Below, one piece after another: positions 17,038 through 27,041 of a stretch of 37,760 nucleotides of DNA. Where the stretch lies: positions 1 through 37,760 of the IMG/VR virus record IMGVR_UViG_3300050147_000055; one strand, given 5' to 3'. Position numbers and translations under genes: made by a program. The notes under the pieces were generated by a model. The model did no database searches and was not told the DNA's origin. It saw only the letters and a list, made by a program, of their open reading frames with translations. Source of the DNA: a virus. Lineage: Duplodnaviria; Caudoviricetes. Positions within the stretch are counted from its first letter, which is position 1. The number at the start of each line of letters is the position of its first letter.

Positions 17038-19587
17038 ATGCGTCAACAGTGTGTACAGGCGATGGAATCAACGGTGGGCAGGTCTTTGAAGCCCGCTGAA
17101 ATTAAAGACATTGAAAGCAGGATGCAGGTCGAAAGAACACGCCTTGGCAGCGACCCATCTGTAATGGCTATGGGTTCTCGCGATCGCCTGTTGGAAGCCG
17201 CAAAACGCGCCAGCGCTCAGTTCATGGCAGACAATAGCGTCAAGCTGCGGCGGGTGTTATTGCAGGCTGAGGCAGATAGCCGCAATTTTGCACGCATCAA
17301 GGCGGCAACGAATGGGCACGTAGAATCTCTGCGCTATCAAGTCTCGTATAGCGCGGATATGCGCTCAGATGTGCAGGCTGTCGATTCGCAAGTAAAAGCA
17401 ATTGTCAGCGAGGTTGGCGGAATGTTGATGCCGTTTTTTGAGGCCACCCATGCAAAGTGGGGCGGAATGATCGGACATGATAGCGTCGTGCAAATAATGG
17501 TTCGTGAATTATTTGGCGAGAATACTGGCAACGCAGAAGCGCGAGCAGCGGCACAATCATGGGTCAAGGCAACTGATTTTCTGAGAGATCGAGCTAACGC
17601 CGCTGGTGCAACTATTGGAAAGCTGGAAAAGTGGGTCATGGCCCAAACTCATGACCGCTTGCGAGTGTCTGAGAAAACTCAAGATGCTTGGGTTGATAGC
17701 ACAATAGGGCGCATTGACCGTGATGCATACCTAAATGAGCGTGGTGAAAGGCTATCTGAAGATGAGCTGCGTGCTTTTTTATCCCATGCTTGGGAGTCGA
17801 TCGTTTTTGATGGTGCGGCCGCACGCATTAAAGCGTTTGAGCGAGGAGAAGCGGTGCGATCAGGTGGGGGCAGTAAATCAAATCAAGGCAGTGAAAGCCG
17901 GATGTTACACTTCAAAGATGCCGAATCTTGGAAGGCTTATCAGGATGAGTTTGGAGAAGCCGGTGGTGCGTATGCAACCATGATGTCTCATGTTCGGCAC
18001 ATGGCTAGTCAGATTGCATTGATGGAGACCTTTGGTCCCAATCCGGATTATGCATTTCAAAAGCTGCTGCAATATGCCAGTGATCTAGATGTACGTGCCG
18101 GCAATATCAAACCAACAAAAGAAGGGCGCGCCACAGGAAAAGTGGAGGCAGATTATCGCGCAATTGCTGGGTTGAACACGATTGAAGACCCTAGTATTGC
18201 ATTGATCGGCAATACTGTTATGAGCGCCAACCGCATCTTGTTGGGCAGTTCTTATGTTTCGTCGATCACCGATCATGGCATGATGCGCATGACCGCATAT
18301 TCACGCGGTTTGGGTTTTTGGAATACCGACTTATCAAAATGGAATCATCTCACCAATTTTAATCTTGAAGAAAAAGCTGCGTTCAATCACGCATCAATCG
18401 GCCTGCAAATCTTTCTGAATGATGTTAGCCGTTTCGGCTCTGATGGCTATGGTGTTGCAGCTGTAGATAAGGTTTCAAATTTTGTCATCAGAGCGGGCGC
18501 AATGCCAAAAGCTACCGAAGCTCGTCGACGCGCATATGGCGGCTTTATGACCAGCGCAGTAGGCGATGTAGTTATGCGCAACGCCACACTTGCGGCAATG
18601 GATGCAGGAGATGCTCGGATAATGAAAGGGGCCGGCATCACTGAAGCAGACTATGCAATTCTGCGATTGGCCAAGCAGGAGGACTGGACGCATATGACTG
18701 GATTCAAAGCCGATACAATGCTGACTGTTAATAGCGTGCGAAGCATTCCAGATGCAGATATCGCAGCAGTAATTGGATCAAACAGCCCGAAGGCAATTAA
18801 GACGGCACGAGACAAGGCAGCGCAGCGGCTACTAGGGTTTATCACAGACGAGACACATACCGCCGTGCTAGAACCATCAACCCGTGATGCCACCACGATG
18901 GACATCGGAATGCGCGGGACATGGAAGGGCATTTTGATTCGATCATGCCTACAGTTTAAATCATTCCCAATTTCTTTTTGGAATCGGCATATTATGCAAA
19001 GGGCGCAATCCTATGACAACAAAATGGGTATGTGGAAATACAGGGCTGGGATTATTGCGTCATCTACGGTGCTTGGTTACATCGCCGCACAAATGGCAGG
19101 CTTGCGCGACGGCAAAGACATCCAAGATCCAACGCAGCCGATGGTTGTTGTGCAATCACTGCTCAAAGGTGGCAGTCTGAGTATTTACGGCGACTTCATG
19201 CTGTCCACCCCAAGCCTAACCAATCCAAGTTTTTACGCGTCTTTTGCTGGCCCAACAGTATCAACCGCTGATAAAACCGTGCGAATGGTCAAGGACATAG
19301 CTATTGGCGCATTTGATGAGGACAAGGAGTGGGAGGATATTGGCAAAAAAGCCGCATCCAACGGCCTAAACATCAGTAATAGCTACAATCCGCTCCATAC
19401 CCTATTGTGGACAAGACCTGTTTTTGATCACATGATTTTGCATGATTTGCAAGAAGCGGCATCGGAAGGGTATCTTGACCGTGCGCGTGATCGTGCGTAC
19501 AAAGAGTATGGACAAGAACACTACTGGGATCTTGGCGAGAACATGCCGGATCGACTGCCACAATTAGCTAAGGGCGCTGAACAATGA
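17038..19587 (+). CDS. Large ejection/internal virion protein
   Basis: MRQQCVQA start; LHFKDAESW, ETFGPNP, QFKSFP motifs. Confidence 0.8.
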   Translation: MRQQCVQAMESTVGRSLKPAEIKDIESRMQVERTRLGSDPSVMAMGSRDRLLEAAKRASAQFMADNSVKLRRVLLQAEADSRNFARIKAATNGHVESLRYQVSYSADMRSDVQAVDSQVKAIVSEVGGMLMPFFEATHAKWGGMIGHDSVVQIMVRELFGENTGNAEARAAAQSWVKATDFLRDRANAAGATIGKLEKWVMAQTHDRLRVSEKTQDAWVDSTIGRIDRDAYLNERGERLSEDELRAFLSHAWESIVFDGAAARIKAFERGEAVRSGGGSKSNQGSESRMLHFKDAESWKAYQDEFGEAGGAYATMMSHVRHMASQIALMETFGPNPDYAFQKLLQYASDLDVRAGNIKPTKEGRATGKVEADYRAIAGLNTIEDPSIALIGNTVMSANRILLGSSYVSSITDHGMMRMTAYSRGLGFWNTDLSKWNHLTNFNLEEKAAFNHASIGLQIFLNDVSRFGSDGYGVAAVDKVSNFVIRAGAMPKATEARRRAYGGFMTSAVGDVVMRNATLAAMDAGDARIMKGAGITEADYAILRLAKQEDWTHMTGFKADTMLTVNSVRSIPDADIAAVIGSNSPKAIKTARDKAAQRLLGFITDETHTAVLEPSTRDATTMDIGMRGTWKGILIRSCLQFKSFPISFWNRHIMQRAQSYDNKMGMWKYRAGIIASSTVLGYIAAQMAGLRDGKDIQDPTQPMVVVQSLLKGGSLSIYGDFMLSTPSLTNPSFYASFAGPTVSTADKTVRMVKDIAIGAFDEDKEWEDIGKKAASNGLNISNSYNPLHTLLWTRPVFDHMILHDLQEAASEGYLDRARDRAYKEYGQEHYWDLGENMPDRLPQLAKGAEQ

Positions 19588-20093
19588 GACTTTTTGCACT
19601 TCTTTCGCTGATGACTTCTTTCGCTTGTAGTGCATCTGAGTGGTCTTGCTTTTCTTCCATCCAAAAGGTTAAGGGTACTTATGTGTTTTCGGTAGACTCG
19701 CCCACAGGGAGCTTGTCTATTTCTAGATTATTTGCATTTGGGTCTGGAAAAATAGAAGGACACCTTTCCGCTAGGCTAAATGATTCTGAGTTTGGCAAAG
19801 AATCAAAGACAGGGCAAACATCTTTGTATTTATATAATGGTAAAAATAGAACTGTAATTGATATAGCCTATTTGAGGCGCGCTGCTGATCCAAACAAAAA
19901 AGCCATAATTATGGCTGATCTAACCAAAGAGGTATTTTTAAGAGTAATGGCTGGTGATTTTGTTAATGGATCAATCTCTTTTGATAAATATGAGTTTGCG
20001 CTGATCGAAGAAAAACCACCAAATATCCTTCTGGACTTATTTTCTATAGAGACCGAGGCACAGGCTGAGGATTTTTCAAAGCGCTGTAATTAA
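19584..20093 (+). CDS. AT-rich exported protein (moron-like)
   Basis: Signal-peptide-like MRLFALLSLMTSFACSA; visibly lower GC than flanks. Confidence 0.7.
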   Translation: MRLFALLSLMTSFACSASEWSCFSSIQKVKGTYVFSVDSPTGSLSISRLFAFGSGKIEGHLSARLNDSEFGKESKTGQTSLYLYNGKNRTVIDIAYLRRAADPNKKAIIMADLTKEVFLRVMAGDFVNGSISFDKYEFALIEEKPPNILLDLFSIETEAQAEDFSKRCN

Positions 20094-20127
20094 CACCCAA
20101 AAAACGGGATGCCCTCAGTGCCATGCT
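20094..20127 (+). promoter_or_regulatory. Putative late promoter 2
   Basis: CACCCAAAAAACGGGAT-11bp-CATGCT. Confidence 0.7.
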
Positions 20128-20151
20128 TGCCATGACACCGAGGGCTTTTTT
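20111..20151 (+). terminator. Terminator-like hairpin covering the terS RBS
   Basis: GCCCTCAGTG...CACCGAGGGC-TTTTTT directly before ATG 20152. Confidence 0.65.
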
Positions 20152-20457
20152 ATGCGTGATGATCAGCTAGACGAACTCAAGCGGATGCAGGAAGTGGCGA
20201 TTGATCACGCCATTGAAGCGATTGATGCTGCCGATACAGAGTGCGACATATCATCGAAGGAAGGGCGCGGGAATCGCGTATGGCTCACCAAGGCTGCTAA
20301 CGAAGGCATGAAGTTAGCGTGTGCGGTCGAGCGCCTGCTACAGATGCGCGGGCAAGGCAAAGGGATTGACGACCCTGACAAAGAGGTCAAGAACGCCGAA
20401 GCAGTGGTAGAGCGAGCGCAGCGCAAATTCATGGAGTACACCAGCCGTAAGTCTTAA
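20152..20457 (+). CDS. Probable terminase small subunit
   Basis: 101 aa, coupled (TAATG) to terL. Confidence 0.7.
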   Translation: MRDDQLDELKRMQEVAIDHAIEAIDAADTECDISSKEGRGNRVWLTKAANEGMKLACAVERLLQMRGQGKGIDDPDKEVKNAEAVVERAQRKFMEYTSRKS

Positions 20458-22118
20458 TGACCAAGGTTTCGTTTCCGGTCTTTTTCTTGATCTGGGCAGA
20501 GCTTCAGGGCTGGACTCCGCCTGATTTCCATATTCTTGTGTGTGAGTTTTTGGAACGCCCAAGCCGCACCAAGCTGCTGATGATGCCGCGCGGCCATGCC
20601 AAGTCAACGATCTTGGGTGTCTACAACGCGTGGCGGTACTACCGCGACCATCAATACCGGATTTTGCACCAAGGCGACACGGACGCAACGGCGCGTAAAT
20701 GCTCACGCGACACCCGTGCAGTCTTGCGTCGTCACCCGCTCACGCAAGGCTTGGGCGATGGTCGGGGCGACGTGGACTTTTGGTGGACGCCCGATGCCAA
20801 GGACGAGCGCAACCCGTCGATGCAGGCCGCTGGCATCCTATCTAACATCACATCATCACGCGCCGACGAGGTGCAAAACGATGATGTTGAAGTACCACGC
20901 AATATTGGCACTGCCGAAGCACGCGAGAAGCTGCGCTATCGCCTGAGCGAGCAGGTGCACGTTGCTGTACCAAACGCCACCAAGCTGTATATCGGCACGC
21001 CACATACCCATGACTCGCTGTATACCGCTGTCAAAGACAAAGGGGCGGATTGCTTGATTTTGCGCATGTTTGAAGATGAAGCGCGGTTTGAGGATGAATC
21101 AACGCATCGGCCAATGTTGCTGAGCTTTAGACCTGAATACGTCTTTGTGGGCATTGGTCGGTCGGCGCGGCTGCTGGTTGATGGCGCGGACTACGCCGTC
21201 AAACAGACAGAGCAAGGGTGGTTGGTTACATCAAAAGAGCAGCATCATTTGCTTGACTGCTATGCCCGTGCGCTGTGGCCTGACCGGTTTAGTCCGTCTG
21301 AAATGGCAAGCCGTCGCAAAGAGTGCAACACGCTCAACGAATGGGATAGCCAGTATCAACTACACGCCAAGCCGATTGGCGAGGTGCGCCTAAACCCTGA
21401 CCGCTTGGTTGCATATGACTGTGAGCCTGTCATGCGACGTGCCAACGGCGAACTGTCTATGTGGCTGGGCAATGTCCAGATTGTGTCTGCGGCGCTGCGT
21501 TGGGATCCATCGAGCGGCAAGACGGGGTCTGATGTGTCTAGCCTTGCCATGTTGCTACAGGATGGGCAAGGCCGCCTGTATTGGCATCGTGCGGTTGGTC
21601 TGACTGGCCAAGTGGCTGAGTTTGACGATAGCGGCAAGCCGATTGGTGGTCAGGTCTGGCACGTCGCCGATCTGGTCGAGCAGTTTATGTTAGGCCGCGT
21701 CACGGTTGAGACCAATGGGGTCGGCACCCACATCCCCGCATACCTAAAAGCCGTGTTTAAGGCGCGGCGCATCCGCTGTGGTGTCGTCGAGCATCACGCC
21801 ACACAACAAAAAAACAAACGCATTTTGTCCGCCATCGAAGGGCCGCTGACATCCGGATTGCTGTGGGCGCACATGTCCGTACTTGAGCAGACCGACGAAT
21901 CGGGCAACGTGCGCGACGCTGCTGCCGTGGTTGAGATGCGCCAGTTTAACCCTGCTACACAAAACCAGCCGGACGACTATTGTGACAGTTTGGCCGGTGC
22001 AATTAACGATGGTCCTTGTCGCGTCGGAAAATTGCTCAAAAAACAGGATGCCTTGCACAACGATACTTGGCGTACCCCATCCGGCACCTACGAAGCCGGT
22101 CTTGATTTTACGGAGTAA
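20457..22118 (+). CDS. terL: Terminase large subunit
   Basis: Walker A MPRGHAKST, Walker B VQNDDVE, IGTPH, nuclease WDPS..DDYCDS. Confidence 0.93.
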   Translation: MTKVSFPVFFLIWAELQGWTPPDFHILVCEFLERPSRTKLLMMPRGHAKSTILGVYNAWRYYRDHQYRILHQGDTDATARKCSRDTRAVLRRHPLTQGLGDGRGDVDFWWTPDAKDERNPSMQAAGILSNITSSRADEVQNDDVEVPRNIGTAEAREKLRYRLSEQVHVAVPNATKLYIGTPHTHDSLYTAVKDKGADCLILRMFEDEARFEDESTHRPMLLSFRPEYVFVGIGRSARLLVDGADYAVKQTEQGWLVTSKEQHHLLDCYARALWPDRFSPSEMASRRKECNTLNEWDSQYQLHAKPIGEVRLNPDRLVAYDCEPVMRRANGELSMWLGNVQIVSAALRWDPSSGKTGSDVSSLAMLLQDGQGRLYWHRAVGLTGQVAEFDDSGKPIGGQVWHVADLVEQFMLGRVTVETNGVGTHIPAYLKAVFKARRIRCGVVEHHATQQKNKRILSAIEGPLTSGLLWAHMSVLEQTDESGNVRDAAAVVEMRQFNPATQNQPDDYCDSLAGAINDGPCRVGKLLKKQDALHNDTWRTPSGTYEAGLDFTE

Positions 22119-22123
22119 GCCGG

Positions 22124-25000
22124 ATGACCGTCGCAGCCGAAAACCCAGTCATTGCCTATACAGGCACAAGCACAACCACTGTCTTTGCAACAACGTTTAC
22201 TGTTGAGTCGGCCAGTCAGTTGATTGTCCAAATTAATGGCGCAAATGTGACCGGCTGGACGTATGCCGCTGGCGCTGTCACGTTTGCCACGCCGCCCGCA
22301 GTTGGTGCGCAGGTGTGGATCATCCGTGCCACAAACCTAATGCGTGATACCAGCTATAGCGCGTACTCGAATCAGTTGCGCCCCCAAGTGATTGACTTGG
22401 ATTTTGATCGTCTGTGGCGTGCAGTGCAGGACATTGCATCCAAAACCGGTCGAGCATTAACAGTCGGGTTAGGATCGAATGCCGCTGAACTGCTGTCAGA
22501 TTTACAGCAATTACTCATTGATGTACCTGCCAACGAGCAGGCGCGTTTAATTGCGGAAGCATCATTAAGACAAGCCATCGCAGGTATTGCGGGCTTAGAC
22601 CCAGACTACCCACTTAGTCTGATTGATGAGCGATTGGGTCGTGAAGCTGCCGATACGGTACTGCATGAAATGATTGATGACATCAATGCTGTTAATGCCG
22701 CGCAAGATGCTGCTATTTATGGCGCGACCGCAGGTGCAAAGTCATATCTCACACTCGCCAATTTGACCGCATCGCCCGCACCGGCTGCCAATACGCTGGC
22801 ATATGTGAGCAATGACAGCACGTCCGCAAACAATGGCATGTACACGTACAGCGGCAGTGCGTGGATCAAGTCGCTGTATGATCCGGTATCTAAACTCGTT
22901 GCGCTTGATGCTGCGTTTACAACCGTTGCCGGTAAAAACAAATTTGATCCAGCGCTTGCATTGGATGGTTACTACAACCCTTATAACAACGGCATTGACC
23001 AAGCGTTTGCCAACGGGATTACATTCGGGCGGCAAAATGTCGTGGCGGGCGAAACATACACGCTATGGTTACCAACCGCTCAAGTGGCGCTTGATCCCGT
23101 CTTGCGTTGCTATGATGCAAACAACGTATTTTTGGGCAATCATATCCCGCTCAGCACAAACCCCGTGCCCGCTTTGCCGCCCACGGGCGTTGTCTGGTCT
23201 GACAGCAATCACACAGTCATGTTTACAATTCCAGTGGGCAGTGCCGTCGCTAAAATCGCTGTAAATAATACGCTTGCAGCGCACACAAGCACTCAATTTA
23301 ATGACGCCGTCAACTCAATGCAACTTGAATTGGGTAGCGTCAAAACCGCATACGAGCCGTACACCTTGGCAGGTAATAAACTGTTAAAAGAGGATCGTTT
23401 GCCATATGAGTATTTAAGAAAATCAATTGCTGATGCGCTATATGCCACAAAATCTGAAGGTGCACCGCCTGCATTAATTGAGCGTGCAAAATCAACGATG
23501 GTCATGATTGACGGCACATATGCGTATATCCGTACCAAATGGAATGCGACGCTTGATCTAGTGCAGCGCGTGAGTTATGGCACATCGACCGCGTTTAATA
23601 ATAACGTAGTAAACCCTTATGACGTGCGCACAATCCCCGCATCAACCGCAGCGTCAAATACAATTACCGCTTATCCATCCGGCACGTTAATCGTCAGTCA
23701 GGTCGATGACGCTGCACCGTGTCAGTATAATTTTACATATATTGGCGCTAACCACGGCCCTGCAATTTTGCATCAAGTCACAGTTACTGGACATGGTAAA
23801 ACAACTGTTGACGTGGGTAGCCGTTGGACGCAGGGCGCTAATACTTTTACTTTGATGCGTATTGTTGATGCGAATACGCTTTGGCTGGTCAGTCAGAACG
23901 TCGGTACAACGTACTGGTCATTTGTTGCCACGTCCCAAACGGGCTTGGCCTTTACGCATGCTGCGGGGGCAACAAACACGGCAGGATTTACACCGAGCGC
24001 GGATACTGTAGGAACTCAGTTGTACCCAGCCATTCGCAATCACACCCGTTTAATTAAGTTGGATGGCATTACAACAGTCTCGGCGGCAGGTATTTATTAC
24101 GCTGAATTTGTTGACATCGTAAACTCATACGACATCTGTAACCCCGTGTCGACAATTGCTTACGTGCAGTCACAGGTCGGTAGCGTGACACAGCCGTCGT
24201 TTACTGACCCAAGCATCAGCAGTGACATGCGCGTCGTTTTGACATATCGCTATGCAAGCAACGGATCATTGACAGTTAATCAGTCATATCAGTGTAAAGC
24301 GGCGCTGCGGATGAATTATTTAGGGGGTATTCAGGCGCTACCCTTGAGTTACGCGGGTAAATCTATTTTTCAGTATGTGCCAAGGTTAAACCCGATTATC
24401 GGAAGTCTGAAAACATGGAATCTATCAGCAACTGAAGACATCACGTCGCAAGTTGAAACGCTCACGTTTACAACAGCAACGTGGTCAGACGCAAATAATC
24501 CGCCTGACAAGTATGCGCAAATCATCAAAACATCGGGCGTAAAAAACCACGGGTTTGTGATGGGTTTTGGTTTACAGCGTGGTAATAGCGTGCCAGCGGT
24601 GCGTAAATTAGGTGTTGCTAGCGATGCCGGATTTTTAAACGCCAGTACGCGCAAAATGTATCCAAAGCTCGTCACTAACTCTGGTTTTACATCAAATATG
24701 ACGGCTGTTGGTGATGTAATAACAACAGTTGCATATCGCTGCTTTTATAATTTTGATGCGCTGCCAAACGCCACGGTTTATACGTGGTACTACGATGGCG
24801 ACGATATTATTGTTGTGTTTGATATACATGAGTCTGTCACCGCATTGACCCTGCCGCTGCCGTCGTGGATGCAAGGCAAATCAGCAACTGTTATTGATGC
24901 TAGTGCGTCGTTTAGTCTAAAAACGCCGACTGTTGTCGATGATGGTCTACTTGTGACAGTGACCGCCGGATATGGATTTGCATCCATTAAATTACGTTAA
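22124..25000 (+). CDS. Tail fibre/spike
   Basis: T7 gp17-like N-terminal anchor (IIRATNLMR..Y...LDFDRLW); long Thr/Ser/Ala beta-rich C-terminus. Confidence 0.88.
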   Translation: MTVAAENPVIAYTGTSTTTVFATTFTVESASQLIVQINGANVTGWTYAAGAVTFATPPAVGAQVWIIRATNLMRDTSYSAYSNQLRPQVIDLDFDRLWRAVQDIASKTGRALTVGLGSNAAELLSDLQQLLIDVPANEQARLIAEASLRQAIAGIAGLDPDYPLSLIDERLGREAADTVLHEMIDDINAVNAAQDAAIYGATAGAKSYLTLANLTASPAPAANTLAYVSNDSTSANNGMYTYSGSAWIKSLYDPVSKLVALDAAFTTVAGKNKFDPALALDGYYNPYNNGIDQAFANGITFGRQNVVAGETYTLWLPTAQVALDPVLRCYDANNVFLGNHIPLSTNPVPALPPTGVVWSDSNHTVMFTIPVGSAVAKIAVNNTLAAHTSTQFNDAVNSMQLELGSVKTAYEPYTLAGNKLLKEDRLPYEYLRKSIADALYATKSEGAPPALIERAKSTMVMIDGTYAYIRTKWNATLDLVQRVSYGTSTAFNNNVVNPYDVRTIPASTAASNTITAYPSGTLIVSQVDDAAPCQYNFTYIGANHGPAILHQVTVTGHGKTTVDVGSRWTQGANTFTLMRIVDANTLWLVSQNVGTTYWSFVATSQTGLAFTHAAGATNTAGFTPSADTVGTQLYPAIRNHTRLIKLDGITTVSAAGIYYAEFVDIVNSYDICNPVSTIAYVQSQVGSVTQPSFTDPSISSDMRVVLTYRYASNGSLTVNQSYQCKAALRMNYLGGIQALPLSYAGKSIFQYVPRLNPIIGSLKTWNLSATEDITSQVETLTFTTATWSDANNPPDKYAQIIKTSGVKNHGFVMGFGLQRGNSVPAVRKLGVASDAGFLNASTRKMYPKLVTNSGFTSNMTAVGDVITTVAYRCFYNFDALPNATVYTWYYDGDDIIVVFDIHESVTALTLPLPSWMQGKSATVIDASASFSLKTPTVVDDGLLVTVTAGYGFASIKLR

Positions 25001-25014
25001 TTGCGGGGCATGAC

Positions 25015-25449
25015 ATGATCGAATCAGGTGGGGCAGGCGCTGCCATGAAAAGCGTGAGCGGAACGAGTGGGGTCACGGCTCTAGCCGTGTGGGGGTTAAG
25101 CGGCATGACAGTAGTGTGTATCTTGCTTGTGATCGCTGTTGTGTTTATGAGCCGGATGCCGCGCAGTCCTCGTGAGTGGGCTGTGGGGCTAATCAGCACC
25201 GTTGTGTCCAGCCTGACCGGCGGCGCTGCGGTGGTCATGCGCTTTGGTCTGATTGACTGGATTAACTCCACAGATCAAATCGAGAGCTACATCGGCTTGA
25301 TGGCCATTGGTGGTGTGGTGTTTGTGTGTGGTTTGCCGGGCTGGTTTATCGTCCGCGTCGCATTTAACTACATCACCCAAAACGACGGCAAAGGGATTGA
25401 CGAAGTGGCTCGGGATCTCAAAAAACTGCGGGATGATCTGCAATCATGA
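25015..25449 (+). CDS. Putative holin
   Basis: About three TM segments, charged C-terminus, ATGA-coupled to endolysin. Confidence 0.75.
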   Translation: MIESGGAGAAMKSVSGTSGVTALAVWGLSGMTVVCILLVIAVVFMSRMPRSPREWAVGLISTVVSSLTGGAAVVMRFGLIDWINSTDQIESYIGLMAIGGVVFVCGLPGWFIVRVAFNYITQNDGKGIDEVARDLKKLRDDLQS

Positions 25450-25916
25450 CCCAGCTCACCACAGCACAGATCGTCGCAAACTACGGACGACCAGACCCCG
25501 AAGGGTCGTATCTGATCACGATCCAATTGCCGTACCCCATGCGGCTCGCATGGGATACAAAGACCACGGTCAAGACCATGCGCGTGCATCGCTTGGCTGC
25601 TGACCGGTTTAAAGCTGTGTTTGCTGCATTGCTGACGCACTATGGCCTGCCTGAGCTACAACGGCTTGGCATTGACCTGTTCGGCGGTGGCTTTGCATAT
25701 CGCAAGATGCGCGGTGGAAGTGAGTGGTCACGCCACAGTTGGGGGCTGGCGATTGATTTAGATCCCGCACGCAACATGCTCAAAGAGACGCACAAGACGG
25801 CACGGTTTGCACGACCTGAGTACAAGCCGATGATTGATATTTTTTACCAACATGGTTTTATCAGCTTGGGTCGTGAGCGGGATTATGATTGGATGCACTT
25901 TGAAGTTGCGGTATGA
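25446..25916 (+). CDS. Endolysin, peptidase M15 family
   Basis: SRHSWGLAID and DWMHFE zinc-ligand motifs. Confidence 0.9.
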   Translation: MTQLTTAQIVANYGRPDPEGSYLITIQLPYPMRLAWDTKTTVKTMRVHRLAADRFKAVFAALLTHYGLPELQRLGIDLFGGGFAYRKMRGGSEWSRHSWGLAIDLDPARNMLKETHKTARFARPEYKPMIDIFYQHGFISLGRERDYDWMHFEVAV

Positions 25917-26025
25917 TCGCCTTACTTGTCGGCCTACGCATCGCATCCAGCTCTGCCAGCACGCGGTCTAGTTTGCTGTTGAGTGCATTGAGTTGGTCAC
26001 TGTCGATTAAAACGGGTACGCCCAT
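25861..26025 (-). pseudogene. Probable truncated excisionase-like gene
   Basis: MGVPVLIDSDQLNALNSKLDRVLAELDAMRRP then runs antisense into the endolysin; TGATG coupling upstream. Confidence 0.45.
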
Positions 26026-26459
26026 CACTCACCATCCTTGAACATATCAAACGCGACCACGGTGCGCCCTTTTACCAAGCCTTTATGATTCGGATGCCAT
26101 TGCTCCGATTCGCCATCACACACCCACACCATCGAAAAATCATCTTTGTAAAAGCATGGATAAAAAACGCCTTCGGACGGCGCGTAGTGTGTCGCGCCGC
26201 TTGGCGCAGCCAGCAAACAAGGAGCGATTTTCACTTCACCGGAAATATCCTTGTGTTGCGCCAAGTCTGGATCGGTATCTTTTGACAATCCAAAACCGCA
26301 ATCCGATCCAACCAGGTATAACCCTTCGCCATCTTCAACAACTATGTCCGCAAGTTTTGGCTCGCGACCAACAGGCCAGCCAGACTTGACTTTCATTAGC
26401 TCAAGTGCAGCTGCGCGCTGTTTGCGGTCTGCTGTGAGCAAGATTTTGTAATGGCTCAT
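26025..26459 (-). CDS. Hypothetical protein (APSGATHY motif)
   Basis: ATGA coupling; motif shared with 27941-28774. Confidence 0.75.
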   Translation of the reverse strand: MSHYKILLTADRKQRAAALELMKVKSGWPVGREPKLADIVVEDGEGLYLVGSDCGFGLSKDTDPDLAQHKDISGEVKIAPCLLAAPSGATHYAPSEGVFYPCFYKDDFSMVWVCDGESEQWHPNHKGLVKGRTVVAFDMFKDGE

Positions 26460-26833
26460 ACCGACACCCCACACAACTCATCCGGCACATCCACCTCATC
26501 CCCAAGCCGCATTGCTACGACACAGCGGGCGACGGCTTGTTCGGGTGTGTCGCCACTACCATGCACCATCTCAAGTGTGTAAATTGCGCTGTAGCCTCGC
26601 GCGACATAACAACACAAATCAGAATCTGCAAATAACTCCGAGACCTGCCCAGACTCAAAACCAAAGCAGTTCATGCACGTTGCAGGGTCGGTGTGGCCTT
26701 CAAAATTCTGCCAACCCATCAATCCCTGTATACACACGCCGCCGCCATAACTAATATCCACAACATGACCACACGCCTGCGCCAACGCCCAATCGAGCGG
26801 CTTGCCGGTCAGTTCTGCGGTTTTAATCTTCAT
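26456..26833 (-). CDS. NinX/DUF2591-like protein
   Basis: ELTGKPLDWALA...TPEQAVARCVVAMRLGDEVDVP. Confidence 0.75.
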   Translation of the reverse strand: MKIKTAELTGKPLDWALAQACGHVVDISYGGGVCIQGLMGWQNFEGHTDPATCMNCFGFESGQVSELFADSDLCCYVARGYSAIYTLEMVHGSGDTPEQAVARCVVAMRLGDEVDVPDELCGVSV

Positions 26834-27041
26834 CGTTCATGCCCACAATAGTGATGTATGCGCGAGCATCGCGGATTGAATCTTCCATCCCGCCACTTTC
26901 TAAAATTATCGCGTTGTCATACGCTTCAATTGAGCACTCTAAGTGCAGCAACAGTTCATCACGTTCTGACTGGATCGCATCAATATTGGCTTGTAGTTTT
27001 GCCACAACTTGATTGTGGTCTTCGATACTGATTAGGCTCAT
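26823..27041 (-). CDS. Hypothetical protein
   Basis: Coupled ORF in leftward operon. Confidence 0.7.
   Translation of the reverse strand: MSLISIEDHNQVVAKLQANIDAIQSERDELLLHLECSIEAYDNAIILESGGMEDSIRDARAYITIVGMNDED

Noticed and set aside
22124-25000. Diversity-generating retroelement, suggested by the BPP-1-like virion module
   Set aside because: No reverse transcriptase ORF and no second copy of the tail-fibre 3' end seen.
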